Shown here one piece after another: positions 38,767 through 47,400 of a stretch of DNA of 64,000 nt; position 1 is the first letter of the stretch, and every line of letters starts with the position of its first letter. Below the pieces are notes generated by a model. It ran no database searches and was not told the DNA's origin. It was given only the letters and a program-made list of their open reading frames with translations. The stretch is from Spirochaetales bacterium (GTDB lineage: Bacteria; Spirochaetota; Spirochaetia; JABEVK01). The position numbers and the translations under genes were made by a program. The DNA lies in the NCBI GenBank assembly GCA_037142615.1, contig JBAXAI010000008.1:1-64000 (forward strand), given 5' to 3'.

Positions 38767-40758
38767 CTACACTTCGGCGAAAGTGAGCACTTCCCGGCGC
38801 GCGTCGGCGGCGACGACCTTGAGGGTCAGCGCGCCGCCGAGGGGGTGCTTGCGGGTGAGTTTGACCAAAGCGCGGTAACCCAAATCGGTCAGCAGGACCT
38901 GTGCTTGCGCTTCGTCGTCGCGGAACCACCCGACGATGACCGCCGGCCAGGTCTTTCCTTTTTGGCGGGCCAAATACTCGGTGATCCAGTAGCGGTCGGC
39001 GTTGCGCTCCAGACGGGCAGACTGCGCGTTCAAAGGATCGAGTTCAGCGGCCAAGGTGGCCAACGCTTCCGAGTCCAACGGGGGAACTTCACCTGCGGCC
39101 GCGGCCTTGAGCTGCCGGTGTACGGCCAAGTCGCCGTAGCGCCGGATGGGACTGGTCGCCTGAACGTAGCTCGGTAGGCCAAGGCCCGCGTGGGGACCGG
39201 CTTCCTGCGACAACAACGAACGCGTCATCGTCACGATCTTGCCAAACTCGCGGGCGGGTCCTTCGGGCAGGTGGCTCACGTCGACCGGGTCACCGGCGCG
39301 TTGCACCCGGTACAGCACGGGAATCTGTTTTTCCGCCGCAAAACGGGCTGCCGCTTCACCGGCCAGCACCATGAACTCGGCCACCCAATCCCGGGCAGCC
39401 TCGGCGGCGTAAACACCTACGTTTACCGTTCCTGCAGACAGATCAACTTTCACTTCCGACTCGGGGAGGTGGATCATCACCGCGCCCTGAGCGATTCGCC
39501 ACGCCTCACGCAAGCGGGCTGCGGTGGCGAGCGCGACGAGCAGTGGGTCACCCGCCGAAGCGAGCTCCTGGGCCTGCTGGTAGTTCAACCTGCGGTCGAC
39601 GCGGATGGTACTCGCCTCCACGGTGAGGTCGATCAACGCCCCGTCGGCGCCCAGCACACAACCGAAGCTCAGCGCGGCGCTTTCGACACCTGGCCTGAGG
39701 CTGAAAGGACCTTCGGCAAGGACAGGGGGAAACATGGTGAATCGGCCCGAGGGCAAGTACACCGTGGTGCCCCGACGGCGGGCTTCCAGGTCGAGAGCCG
39801 AATCGCGGGCAACCCAGTGTCCGGGGTCCGCAATGTGGATCCAGTACTTCAGCCTGCCGTCAGATAGCGTCTCAAGCGCCAAGGCGTCGTCCACCTCGGT
39901 CGTGGTGTCGTCGTCGATGGTCAGGCTGGCAAGGGCTGTCAGGTCGATCCGCGAACCGGAGTCCGGCGGTGCCCGGAGCAAAGACAACGCGGCAGCCTCC
40001 AACTCGGGTTCGAAGGCCGGGCTGAGACCCGCTCGAAGCACATCGAGGTTCTCGTGACGGTGCCAAAGCCCGAGGTCCACCAAAAACTGAAGGGCCGAGG
40101 CTTCGGTTTGAGGCCGGCCGGCCAGCTTGAGCAGATCCAGAGCGGCGTGCTTGTCCGCAGCCTCTTCGCCGAACAAAGCCAGCTTCTTCACGGCCTCGAA
40201 GCGTTCCAAGTCCTGGGGCTCCAGGTGGGAAGTTTTGTCGGCAAGGCGTGCTTCGAGGCGGCCGGCCAGTTCGGCCTGCAGCTTCTCTTTGGAGGCCAAG
40301 GCCGACTGTTGCTTGCGCAATTCCTCAACCTGACCAGCGGAACGGGCCTCAAAGCGCCCGCCTTTTTCCTTGAAAAACAACCGGTCGGCCTCAAGACTGG
40401 TGAAAAGTGCCCACGCCCGCTCGCCGGTGAGCGAATCCCACAGACAGCCGCCCAAAACCTCCAGCGAATACGGTCCTGGACCATCCGTCGAGAGGAGCTC
40501 CCAAACGGTAGCCAGATCCACGTCGCCCAGACAACCCTTGGCCTTCGTGGCCCAATCGTTCAGGCCCGAAGCGGTGACCCAAGGTTTGGGGTCGAGTTTC
40601 CATTCAGTCGTTGAGAACACGATATCGCGCTGTGCGACGGTGAGGCTGTTGCCAAAAGTGTCGGTAACGCGAAGCGAGTTCTTGCCTTCGGGACCCTCCA
40701 CGACGGCGAGACGTGGATGACCCTTGACAGGAAAAGAAACTACCGCGCCTTTTTCCAT
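38767..40758 (-). CDS. rnb: RNB-domain exoribonuclease (RNase II family)
   Basis: TIDDDTTTEVDDAL catalytic motif, HIADP, HAGLG, TSPIRRYGDL. Confidence 0.88.
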   Translation of the reverse strand: MEKGAVVSFPVKGHPRLAVVEGPEGKNSLRVTDTFGNSLTVAQRDIVFSTTEWKLDPKPWVTASGLNDWATKAKGCLGDVDLATVWELLSTDGPGPYSLEVLGGCLWDSLTGERAWALFTSLEADRLFFKEKGGRFEARSAGQVEELRKQQSALASKEKLQAELAGRLEARLADKTSHLEPQDLERFEAVKKLALFGEEAADKHAALDLLKLAGRPQTEASALQFLVDLGLWHRHENLDVLRAGLSPAFEPELEAAALSLLRAPPDSGSRIDLTALASLTIDDDTTTEVDDALALETLSDGRLKYWIHIADPGHWVARDSALDLEARRRGTTVYLPSGRFTMFPPVLAEGPFSLRPGVESAALSFGCVLGADGALIDLTVEASTIRVDRRLNYQQAQELASAGDPLLVALATAARLREAWRIAQGAVMIHLPESEVKVDLSAGTVNVGVYAAEAARDWVAEFMVLAGEAAARFAAEKQIPVLYRVQRAGDPVDVSHLPEGPAREFGKIVTMTRSLLSQEAGPHAGLGLPSYVQATSPIRRYGDLAVHRQLKAAAAGEVPPLDSEALATLAAELDPLNAQSARLERNADRYWITEYLARQKGKTWPAVIVGWFRDDEAQAQVLLTDLGYRALVKLTRKHPLGGALTLKVVAADARREVLTFAEV

Positions 40759-41408
40759 TTCACTTTCGGGTCAACCATGAGATAGGCGTACCCAGTGGAC
40801 ATATCTTCGTTGTGGATCAGCACGCCCTTGATCCCGTCGGGGACCCTGAGTTTGACACTGGCGAAGTTCAAGACCTTTTTCACTCCGGCCAGCAGCACCT
40901 TGGTGCAGATCTCCTGAGCCTCGTGGGGTGGCACGGAGAGAATGGCAATTGTCACGGGATTCTTGCCCAGGAAGGGAGTCAGTTCGTCGATGTCACGCAC
41001 TTTGATGCCGTGGTATTTTTTGCCGACTTTGACCGGGTCGTTGTCGAACGCAGCGACGATGTTGAGGCCGTTCATGCGGAACTCGGCGTAGCCCAGCAAG
41101 GCGGTGCCCAGGTTTCCGCAGCCGATGATGATGGCGGGGTTGGTCTGATCCCAGCGAAGGAATCGCTCCAGGGCGGCGATCAGGTCTTTGACCACGTAGC
41201 CGACGCGTGGCTTTCCGACGATTCCGGTCACGGCAAGGTCTTTTCGCACCTGAATGGGCTCCAGGATGAGCTCTTCGGCGATCGTGGTTCCCGAAATGAC
41301 TAGAACTCCGTCCTTTTCGGCCTGCCGGACAATCTGCAGGTACGCAGGCAGTCGGAGGGTGGTGGGTTTGCTCGTCGCTTCCCTGTCTACGGTTCTGGAT
41401 CGTTTCAT
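40740..41408 (-). CDS. rex: Redox-sensing transcriptional repressor Rex
   Basis: RLPAYL, QVRKDL, G..RVGY, GCGNLGTAL Rossmann motif, LNFA. Confidence 0.93.
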   Translation of the reverse strand: MKRSRTVDREATSKPTTLRLPAYLQIVRQAEKDGVLVISGTTIAEELILEPIQVRKDLAVTGIVGKPRVGYVVKDLIAALERFLRWDQTNPAIIIGCGNLGTALLGYAEFRMNGLNIVAAFDNDPVKVGKKYHGIKVRDIDELTPFLGKNPVTIAILSVPPHEAQEICTKVLLAGVKKVLNFASVKLRVPDGIKGVLIHNEDMSTGYAYLMVDPKVKWKKAR

Positions 41409-41435
41409 GATTCTTTCACTTCCCTCCTACTAGAT

Positions 41436-42680
41436 TTAAAGGTTTAGCTCGATCTTGGCAAGGAGTTTCCGGGCAACCTCGGCCTTGCTTGCTTTGTCGA
41501 GACGTTCATGGTTCCCCTTGGCGTCGACAACCAGCAGTGAATTGGTGTCGGTACCAAACCCTTCTCCCGGCTTGCTGTCGTCGTTGGCAGCGATAAGGTC
41601 ACCCCCGGCCTGCGCCAACCGCGAAGTGGCGTCGGTCAGGAGGTCGGCTTCCGAGAGCCCGCTTTGAGCCCGGAAGACCACCAGATAGGTTGCTTTGTTC
41701 CAGCCCTTCACCTGATCGACGATTTTGGGCGTGGGCCGAAACTCGACCACCAGGTTGCCCGAACTGGTAGGGAGCTTCGTGGCCGAAGGGGCTACCGGCG
41801 TCCAGTCGCCCACGGCGGCGCAAGCGATGAACACTCGGGGACGCTCGGCTTCGACCAGCTTTCGGCAGGCGGCTTCCATGGCGGCAGAGGTTTCGGCGAC
41901 GACCAGTTCGACACCTGGGGGAACCGGAACCGAGAGCTTCCCCGAGACCACGATGACCCGCGCCCCCAAACGGAGCGCCGCCTCGGCAAGAGCCAGCCCC
42001 ATCCGGCCCGTCGAGTTGTTGGTGACAACCCGGATCGGATCGAGGTACTCGACAGTGCGCCCGGCGGTGATGATGACGGTTTGCCCCGCGAGTTTTCCGC
42101 TGGCAGGAACAAGGGCCTCCCGCACGGCCTGCAGAATCTCATCGTTGTCGGCGATCTTGGCCTTGCCTTCTTCCACCCGGGGGCCCAGCACGCGGATGCC
42201 GGCGCCTTCCAGACGCGCCAGGTTCGCCACCACGAAAGGGTGGGCATACATCGACTGGTGCATCGCCGGCACTACCAGCACGGGAAGGCCTTCGCCAAAG
42301 GCGGTGGTCACAAAAGTTGTCACCGGGGTGTCGTCGATGCCCGAAGCGATCTTGCCGACCGTGTTGGCGGTGGCCGGCGCGATCAAGAGCAAGTCTGCGT
42401 GCACCTTGACGTTTCCCACCAGGCTGACATGTTCAATCTGGCCGGTCAATTCGGTGATGGGCTTGTGGCCCGTGGCCCATTCCAGCAAGTTGGGATGGAC
42501 AAGCTGCGTGGCTGCGTGGCTCATTACGGGGTAAACTTGGGCGCCGTGGCGCATCAGCAGGCGGGCGAGGTCGACGCTTCGCACCGCAGCTACCGAACCG
42601 GTCACACCGAGCACGATGGTCTTGCCGGCGAGGCTTTGGCTCAGCGACCCGACAATATCGACCGAAGGGTGTTCGTTCAT
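41436..42680 (-). CDS. coaBC: Bifunctional phosphopantothenoylcysteine decarboxylase/synthetase, archaeal-like sequence
   Basis: GVTGSVAA, APATANTVGK, PAMHQSMY, TAG.T.EYLDPIR.VTNNSTGRMG, AAVGD, AND. Confidence 0.95.
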   Translation of the reverse strand: MNEHPSVDIVGSLSQSLAGKTIVLGVTGSVAAVRSVDLARLLMRHGAQVYPVMSHAATQLVHPNLLEWATGHKPITELTGQIEHVSLVGNVKVHADLLLIAPATANTVGKIASGIDDTPVTTFVTTAFGEGLPVLVVPAMHQSMYAHPFVVANLARLEGAGIRVLGPRVEEGKAKIADNDEILQAVREALVPASGKLAGQTVIITAGRTVEYLDPIRVVTNNSTGRMGLALAEAALRLGARVIVVSGKLSVPVPPGVELVVAETSAAMEAACRKLVEAERPRVFIACAAVGDWTPVAPSATKLPTSSGNLVVEFRPTPKIVDQVKGWNKATYLVVFRAQSGLSEADLLTDATSRLAQAGGDLIAANDDSKPGEGFGTDTNSLLVVDAKGNHERLDKASKAEVARKLLAKIELNL

Positions 42681-43822
42681 CCAGCTACCTCCTGCAGGTC
42701 AGCGAGAAACTCTTTGAGAACACTCCGGGTCACGTGCGGCATGACAACAACGCGGAAACTATGCTGCCAGGTCGACAGCGCCCATCCTTTTTCGCGCAGC
42801 GAGGCCACCAGCAGAGGCGTCGGCATGTGCGTGCTGCGAACCCCGACCACGTTCACCTGGGGTTCGGCCAGCACCGGCTCCACACCCGAAATCTGGGTAA
42901 GGGCCTGCGTGAGGAAGCGCGAGAGTTCCATGGCTTCGGCGACGATGGCCGTGTAGCCGGGCACCCCGAGGTGTTTCATGACGGCCCAGACCGCTGCAAC
43001 CGCCGCCCCGGAGCGGGTGCCAACGAGGGTGTTTTGGCGCAATCGCCCGCCGGAAAGGTACTGAACGTCGGTCGCCGCCGTCCGTGCCAGCGTAGCATCC
43101 TTCCACAGGATCATGCCCGAGGGAATGGGCCCGCGCCCCATTTTGTGGGGGTCGGCCGTCAGGCTGCTCAGGCCCTCGGGCCACGAATACAACTCCGAGG
43201 CTCGGTTTTCAGGCAAAAAAGGAAGCACGAAGCCGCCGAACGAGGCGTCGAGATGAAAATACAACCCGTGGCGAAGGGCTAACGCGGCCAAGGCACCAAT
43301 GTCGTCGATGGCTCCCCACGCCGTCGTCCCGGCGATGCCGATCACGGCCAGGGTCTGGGGTGTGATGGCAGCTTCCATGCGGTCGAGGCGAACCCGGCCC
43401 CGGTCGTCGACGGGAACTCTCACGAGGTTGAGACCCATGAACGACGCGGCTTTGTCGAACGAATAGTGGGCCGAGGCCGGCAGAAGCACCTCGCGCTTAC
43501 CGGGCGACAACAGTCTCGCGGTCCAGAGGGCCAACAGGTTGGCCTCGGTTCCTCCGGTGACAATGCGTCCCGCCGCCAAGGGGTTGCCCCACCAAGTGCC
43601 CAGCAGTGAGCAGGCTTCGCGCTCCAGTTCAGCCAGACCGGGCACCAGCCCTTCGTCACCGATGTTGGTCTCGAGGGCCCGCATAAAGGCCTGTTCGGCC
43701 ACCGGGTGTGGCCGCGAGCACATCGATCCCAGAATCTTGCCCGAGGCGAAGGTCCAATCCCCGGCAAGCCTCCGGTCGAGTTCTTCCAGCACGGCTCGCG
43801 AAGAGTCCGCTCCGAGGCTAAT
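42677..43822 (-). CDS. mfnA: PLP-dependent group II decarboxylase of MfnA/GAD type; probable aspartate 1-decarboxylase (start uncertain: ATT 43822 or GTG 43792)
   Basis: GKILGSMC.PHP, TGGTEAN, SAHYSFDKA, HLDASFGGF, PLP lysine in ADPHKMG, GTRSGA, RVVVMPHV. Confidence 0.88.
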   Translation of the reverse strand: MSLGADSSRAVLEELDRRLAGDWTFASGKILGSMCSRPHPVAEQAFMRALETNIGDEGLVPGLAELEREACSLLGTWWGNPLAAGRIVTGGTEANLLALWTARLLSPGKREVLLPASAHYSFDKAASFMGLNLVRVPVDDRGRVRLDRMEAAITPQTLAVIGIAGTTAWGAIDDIGALAALALRHGLYFHLDASFGGFVLPFLPENRASELYSWPEGLSSLTADPHKMGRGPIPSGMILWKDATLARTAATDVQYLSGGRLRQNTLVGTRSGAAVAAVWAVMKHLGVPGYTAIVAEAMELSRFLTQALTQISGVEPVLAEPQVNVVGVRSTHMPTPLLVASLREKGWALSTWQHSFRVVVMPHVTRSVLKEFLADLQEVAG

Positions 43823-44603
43823 GATAGGACTCCTTGTCGGCTGGGTACGTCCCCGAGCGCACGTCGGCCGAAAACTCGCCCAAAACCGACTTGATGGCGT
43901 CACCCACATGGAGGTAGCGATCGGGAACAAACTTGGCCTTGCGGTGACTGTTGAGGTGCAGCAGGTCGTGGAACACCAGAACCTGGCCGCTGGTGTGCGC
44001 TCCGGCCCCGATGCCAATCGTCGGCAGACCAAGACCCCGCGTCACCGACTCTCCGAGCGACAGAGGAACACATTCCAGCACCACCGAAAAGCAACCCGCC
44101 GCGGCAAGGTCACGGGCGTCGGCGTCGATCGCGGCAGCGTCGGCAGCGTCTTTGCCCTGCACCTTGAACGAACCTGCCGTCTGGGGCAACAAACCCAAGT
44201 GACCCATCACCGGGATTCCGCTGGCGAGGATAGCCCTGGCGATGCCTGGAGCATTGCCCTCAAACTTGACCGCATCGGCCCCGCTGGCCATCAGCAGCTT
44301 GGACGACTCCACGGCCGCCTCGGGGGTATCGTAGGAGTGCAAGGGAAGGTCGGCGACAATCGGGATCACTTTGCGCCCCCGCGCGGCCATCCGGGTGTGG
44401 TACATCATGTGCTCGAGTGTCACGGCCGAGGTGGAATCGCGGCCCTGCTCGACCATGCCGAGGCTGTCACCCACCAGGATCAGGTCGGCGCCGGCGGCTT
44501 CGACCAGCTCGGCCTGCCACGCGTCGTAGGCGGTCAGAACGACGAGCTTGTGACCGGCCTTCCAGGCGTCCAGAAACGGCTGCAAACGCGGTGTAGAAAT
44601 CAC
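43818..44603 (-). CDS. panB: Ketopantoate hydroxymethyltransferase
   Basis: LTAYD, LVGDSLGMV, GHLGLLPQ, VLECVP, IGIGAG, GQVLVFHDLL; GTG start overlapping the pps stop after GGAG. Confidence 0.95.
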   Translation of the reverse strand: MISTPRLQPFLDAWKAGHKLVVLTAYDAWQAELVEAAGADLILVGDSLGMVEQGRDSTSAVTLEHMMYHTRMAARGRKVIPIVADLPLHSYDTPEAAVESSKLLMASGADAVKFEGNAPGIARAILASGIPVMGHLGLLPQTAGSFKVQGKDAADAAAIDADARDLAAAGCFSVVLECVPLSLGESVTRGLGLPTIGIGAGAHTSGQVLVFHDLLHLNSHRKAKFVPDRYLHVGDAIKSVLGEFSADVRSGTYPADKESYH

Positions 44604-45370
44604 TTTTGTTCTCCTGCCAGGGCGTAGAGCCGGTCGGCCATGAACTTCAGGGCTTTTGCGAGATTGGCCCGGTTGTCCCAGGCACCCCAAAGTGCCTCAA
44701 GCTCGCCCCGGGGCCGGTTCTTGAGAGCCCCCGCTTCGCTGACCAGCAGAGGCAGCGCCCGCAGGATGTTGTCGACGATGGTCAAGTGCGACATCTTCGA
44801 GGTACGCGAAAGCGGGTTCAGGTCGATGGTCAGCACCGTCTTGCCGAGCTTGACCAGAGCCTCGGTTCGGTCCCCGTCTTCCAGCGGCACCAACACGGTG
44901 TCGGCGATGAGAATTCCTCGCGGCGACACGATGCGACGCGCGTGCTGAAGCTCATCGATCACAGCGCTGGCGTCGTCACCCACCCCGAGCACCTCGGTGG
45001 CCCCGGCGGCCCGCAGCGCGGCCTCGACCGCTTCTTCCCGTCCAGGCTTGCGGTAGAACAGGTTGACCTCGAGCCGGGCACCGGTGACTTTGGAAAGCTC
45101 AACGAGTTCGGCGGCCACCAGAGCGGCGGCGTTGCCGTTCACCGAGATGACAGGATGGGACGAGAGCAGCAGTTTCGCGGCAGCGGCGCGGCACGCTTCG
45201 CGGCCAAAATCGGCCGTTGCTTCACCCAAAAAGTAGTCCAGCGACTCACCCCTTCCGTGAGCGATCAGACCGGATTCGGTGACGACCAGGGAATGCAGTC
45301 CCTCGACGATCTTTTCGCGGCTCATCAACGAGGCGTAGCGCGGATGGCTGGTCGGAATCTCAATCAGCAT
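44600..45370 (-). CDS. Archaeal-type phosphopantothenate synthetase (4-phosphopantoate--beta-alanine ligase, COG1701/DUF137)
   Basis: IPTSHPRYASL..RE, GLIAHGRGE..DY, SVNGN, EVNLFYR, VPLEDGDRTEAL, IDLNPLSRT, TIVDNI.RA. Confidence 0.93.
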   Translation of the reverse strand: MLIEIPTSHPRYASLMSREKIVEGLHSLVVTESGLIAHGRGESLDYFLGEATADFGREACRAAAAKLLLSSHPVISVNGNAAALVAAELVELSKVTGARLEVNLFYRKPGREEAVEAALRAAGATEVLGVGDDASAVIDELQHARRIVSPRGILIADTVLVPLEDGDRTEALVKLGKTVLTIDLNPLSRTSKMSHLTIVDNILRALPLLVSEAGALKNRPRGELEALWGAWDNRANLAKALKFMADRLYALAGEQK

Positions 45371-46256
45371 GCAAAAGCCTCCCGCCCTGCAAGTCGAGCT
45401 GCGAAGAAAAAACGGTGCCTGAGCCCAACAAACGGAACGCCGCGAGCGCGCGCTCGGCGTCGAAACTCTCTACGAGGGTAAACAACCCATCGCCGAACAT
45501 CAGCATGGGAGCGGTGAACCCTTTGTCGGCGAGCAGGGTCTGGCAGCCGGTCAGCCGACCGCTGACGAGCTGCGTCTGGCGGCCAAAGCGAACCGAGAGT
45601 TCCAAGAAATGTTTCCACGACGGAGCGTCGAGCAGGGCCTGCCGAAAGGCCTCGCCTTCCCTGTTGACCGCCTCGCGGATGGCAGGGTTTCCCAGCATGG
45701 CCGAGGTGGCCAGCGGGCCCAAAACCAGGAAGACGGCGGTCAGACCGTCCGGAGTGGGCAGCGGTTGCACACGCCCCACCCCGGGTGCCCCTGGCTCGAG
45801 ACTGGCCTTGAAGCCGCCGTGGGCTTCACCCAGAACGGTTCCCAGGCCGGTTCCGCATTCAATTTCGGCCAGATGGGCCAGAGCCCCGGCCTGATCGGTC
45901 GAAAGTGGAGACCCCGCCAGGCCGTTGAGAGCCAGCGCAAGCGACAGCGCTCCGGCTCCCGAAGTGCCAAAACCGCAACCCACGGGGAGCGTCGTTTGGT
46001 GCTCGATGGCCACCGGTTGCGTCCAATTGGCCCTGGAGCGAAACAGGCGCAACACTGCGAGGGAAACCGGCGCATCGTCGAGAGTCTTGCCGCCAAGCTT
46101 CACAGAATCGGATTCTGCCGAAAAGACTTGGGTCTCAACCCCGAGGGCAAGGCTGAACCCCGCGCCGAGCGAACCGTGGTGAAGGGGGTCCGAATGGGGT
46201 CGAATCGAGAAGAACCCCGTGACATGACCGGGAGAAAAGGCGCGGGAAGAATGCAT
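45360..46256 (-). CDS. Archaeal-type pantoate kinase (GHMP kinase, COG1829)
   Basis: N-terminal AFSPGHVTGFF, GSLGAG, GHMP loop PVGCGFGTSGAGAL, AH.AE....TGLG, PGAPG; adjacent to PPS. Confidence 0.88.
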   Translation of the reverse strand: MHSSRAFSPGHVTGFFSIRPHSDPLHHGSLGAGFSLALGVETQVFSAESDSVKLGGKTLDDAPVSLAVLRLFRSRANWTQPVAIEHQTTLPVGCGFGTSGAGALSLALALNGLAGSPLSTDQAGALAHLAEIECGTGLGTVLGEAHGGFKASLEPGAPGVGRVQPLPTPDGLTAVFLVLGPLATSAMLGNPAIREAVNREGEAFRQALLDAPSWKHFLELSVRFGRQTQLVSGRLTGCQTLLADKGFTAPMLMFGDGLFTLVESFDAERALAAFRLLGSGTVFSSQLDLQGGRLLHAD

Positions 46257-46340
46257 GTAGTACCTTGGAACCCATGGTATTGTAAAAAGTTCCGTTTGAG
46301 AAGTGCGGGATTTTGCCGAAACTGGGAACAGGAGTCCTGT

Positions 46341-46856
46341 ATGAACCGTATGCTGGCCGTTGTGGTGTTTGTCGGGTGCAGCCTTTCCCCGCTGGCTTCC
46401 CAAGACTTGCCCGCCTCAGACCCGACCACCCTCACCGTGGCGCCGTCGGATCAGGTGAAGTACCCCGAAGCAAAGGACATCCTCAACCCCCTGCCTCCCC
46501 CGGCGCCCAAGGTAGTACCCAAAGCGGCACCCAAAGCAGCCGACAAACCCGTGGTCCCGGTGGTCAAGGTGGTTCCCGGTGGTCCGCTGCTGGCTTCGGC
46601 TCCGATTCCGGCCGTGGCTCCCGTGGCCGCCAAACCCGTGCCGCTTCATGGCTGGTTCATCGTGTGGTCGCTTTCGGGCTCCGCCGAGGCCGTGCAGACC
46701 TGGGTGGAGGGACTCCAAGCCGCCGTGCCCGCGTTGCCTGTGAAGGTTTCCGGCAAAGGTGCGGCGTGGACCGTAGAACTCGGTCCTGTCGATGCTCAAT
46801 CGCTCGACGCCGCGTGGGCCGTTCCGGGAGCTCGTCCCCGCCTCATCAAGAAGTAG
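46341..46856 (+). CDS. Exported Pro/Lys/Val-rich protein with a SPOR-like C-terminal domain
   Basis: SD CAGGAG, signal peptide, low-complexity linker, WTVELGP. Confidence 0.6.
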   Translation: MNRMLAVVVFVGCSLSPLASQDLPASDPTTLTVAPSDQVKYPEAKDILNPLPPPAPKVVPKAAPKAADKPVVPVVKVVPGGPLLASAPIPAVAPVAAKPVPLHGWFIVWSLSGSAEAVQTWVEGLQAAVPALPVKVSGKGAAWTVELGPVDAQSLDAAWAVPGARPRLIKK

Positions 46857-47325
46857 AGGAACCTCGCCGGCTGGTCAAACGGACGAGTGTCATGAAAGTG
46901 GCGTCGAAGGTTCGGACAAAACGGTCCCACTCCTTTTTTCCGTAGACCGCCGTCGATTCCGGTTTGAGCCCTGCCGCGTTCAAGCCCGCCATAAAATCCC
47001 TCACGGACAGGCGCTCACGGATGTTTTCGGCCGTATAAAGCGCGCCCCGGTCGTTAAGAACGGCCACACCCAGTTCCACCAACCGCGAAGCCAGGGGAAT
47101 GTCGCGGGTGACAACGAGGTCGCCCGGTAGAGCCCTCGCAACCAGGGCGTCGTCGGCCGCGCCTTCGGTAGCCGCCACGACTTCCATCGTAATCGCGAGG
47201 TCCGCACGAAACGGAATGGGCCGGTTGGCAAAGCAGGTCACGGGCACCCCTTCGCGGCGACCAGCCTTGGCAACGACCTCGCGTACCGCGCGTGGGCAAC
47301 TGTCCCCATCAATCAGAACTTGCAT
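46846..47325 (-). CDS. YaiI/YqxD (DUF188) family protein
   Basis: IDGDSCP, AADD, VVTRDIPLA, RG..YT.ENI.ERL..RD. Confidence 0.9.
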   Translation of the reverse strand: MQVLIDGDSCPRAVREVVAKAGRREGVPVTCFANRPIPFRADLAITMEVVAATEGAADDALVARALPGDLVVTRDIPLASRLVELGVAVLNDRGALYTAENIRERLSVRDFMAGLNAAGLKPESTAVYGKKEWDRFVRTFDATFMTLVRLTSRRGSSTS

Positions 47326-47400
47326 ACGTCATCCTACGTTCGAGGCAAGACCTTGGCCAACCCCCTTTCTTTTTGGTGCGAGGGCCGTTAGCATGGCGAC

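Noticed and set aside
42677-43822. Methanofuran biosynthesis implied by the mfnA-like gene
   Set aside because: No other mfn or C1-transfer genes nearby; the context is entirely CoA biosynthesis.
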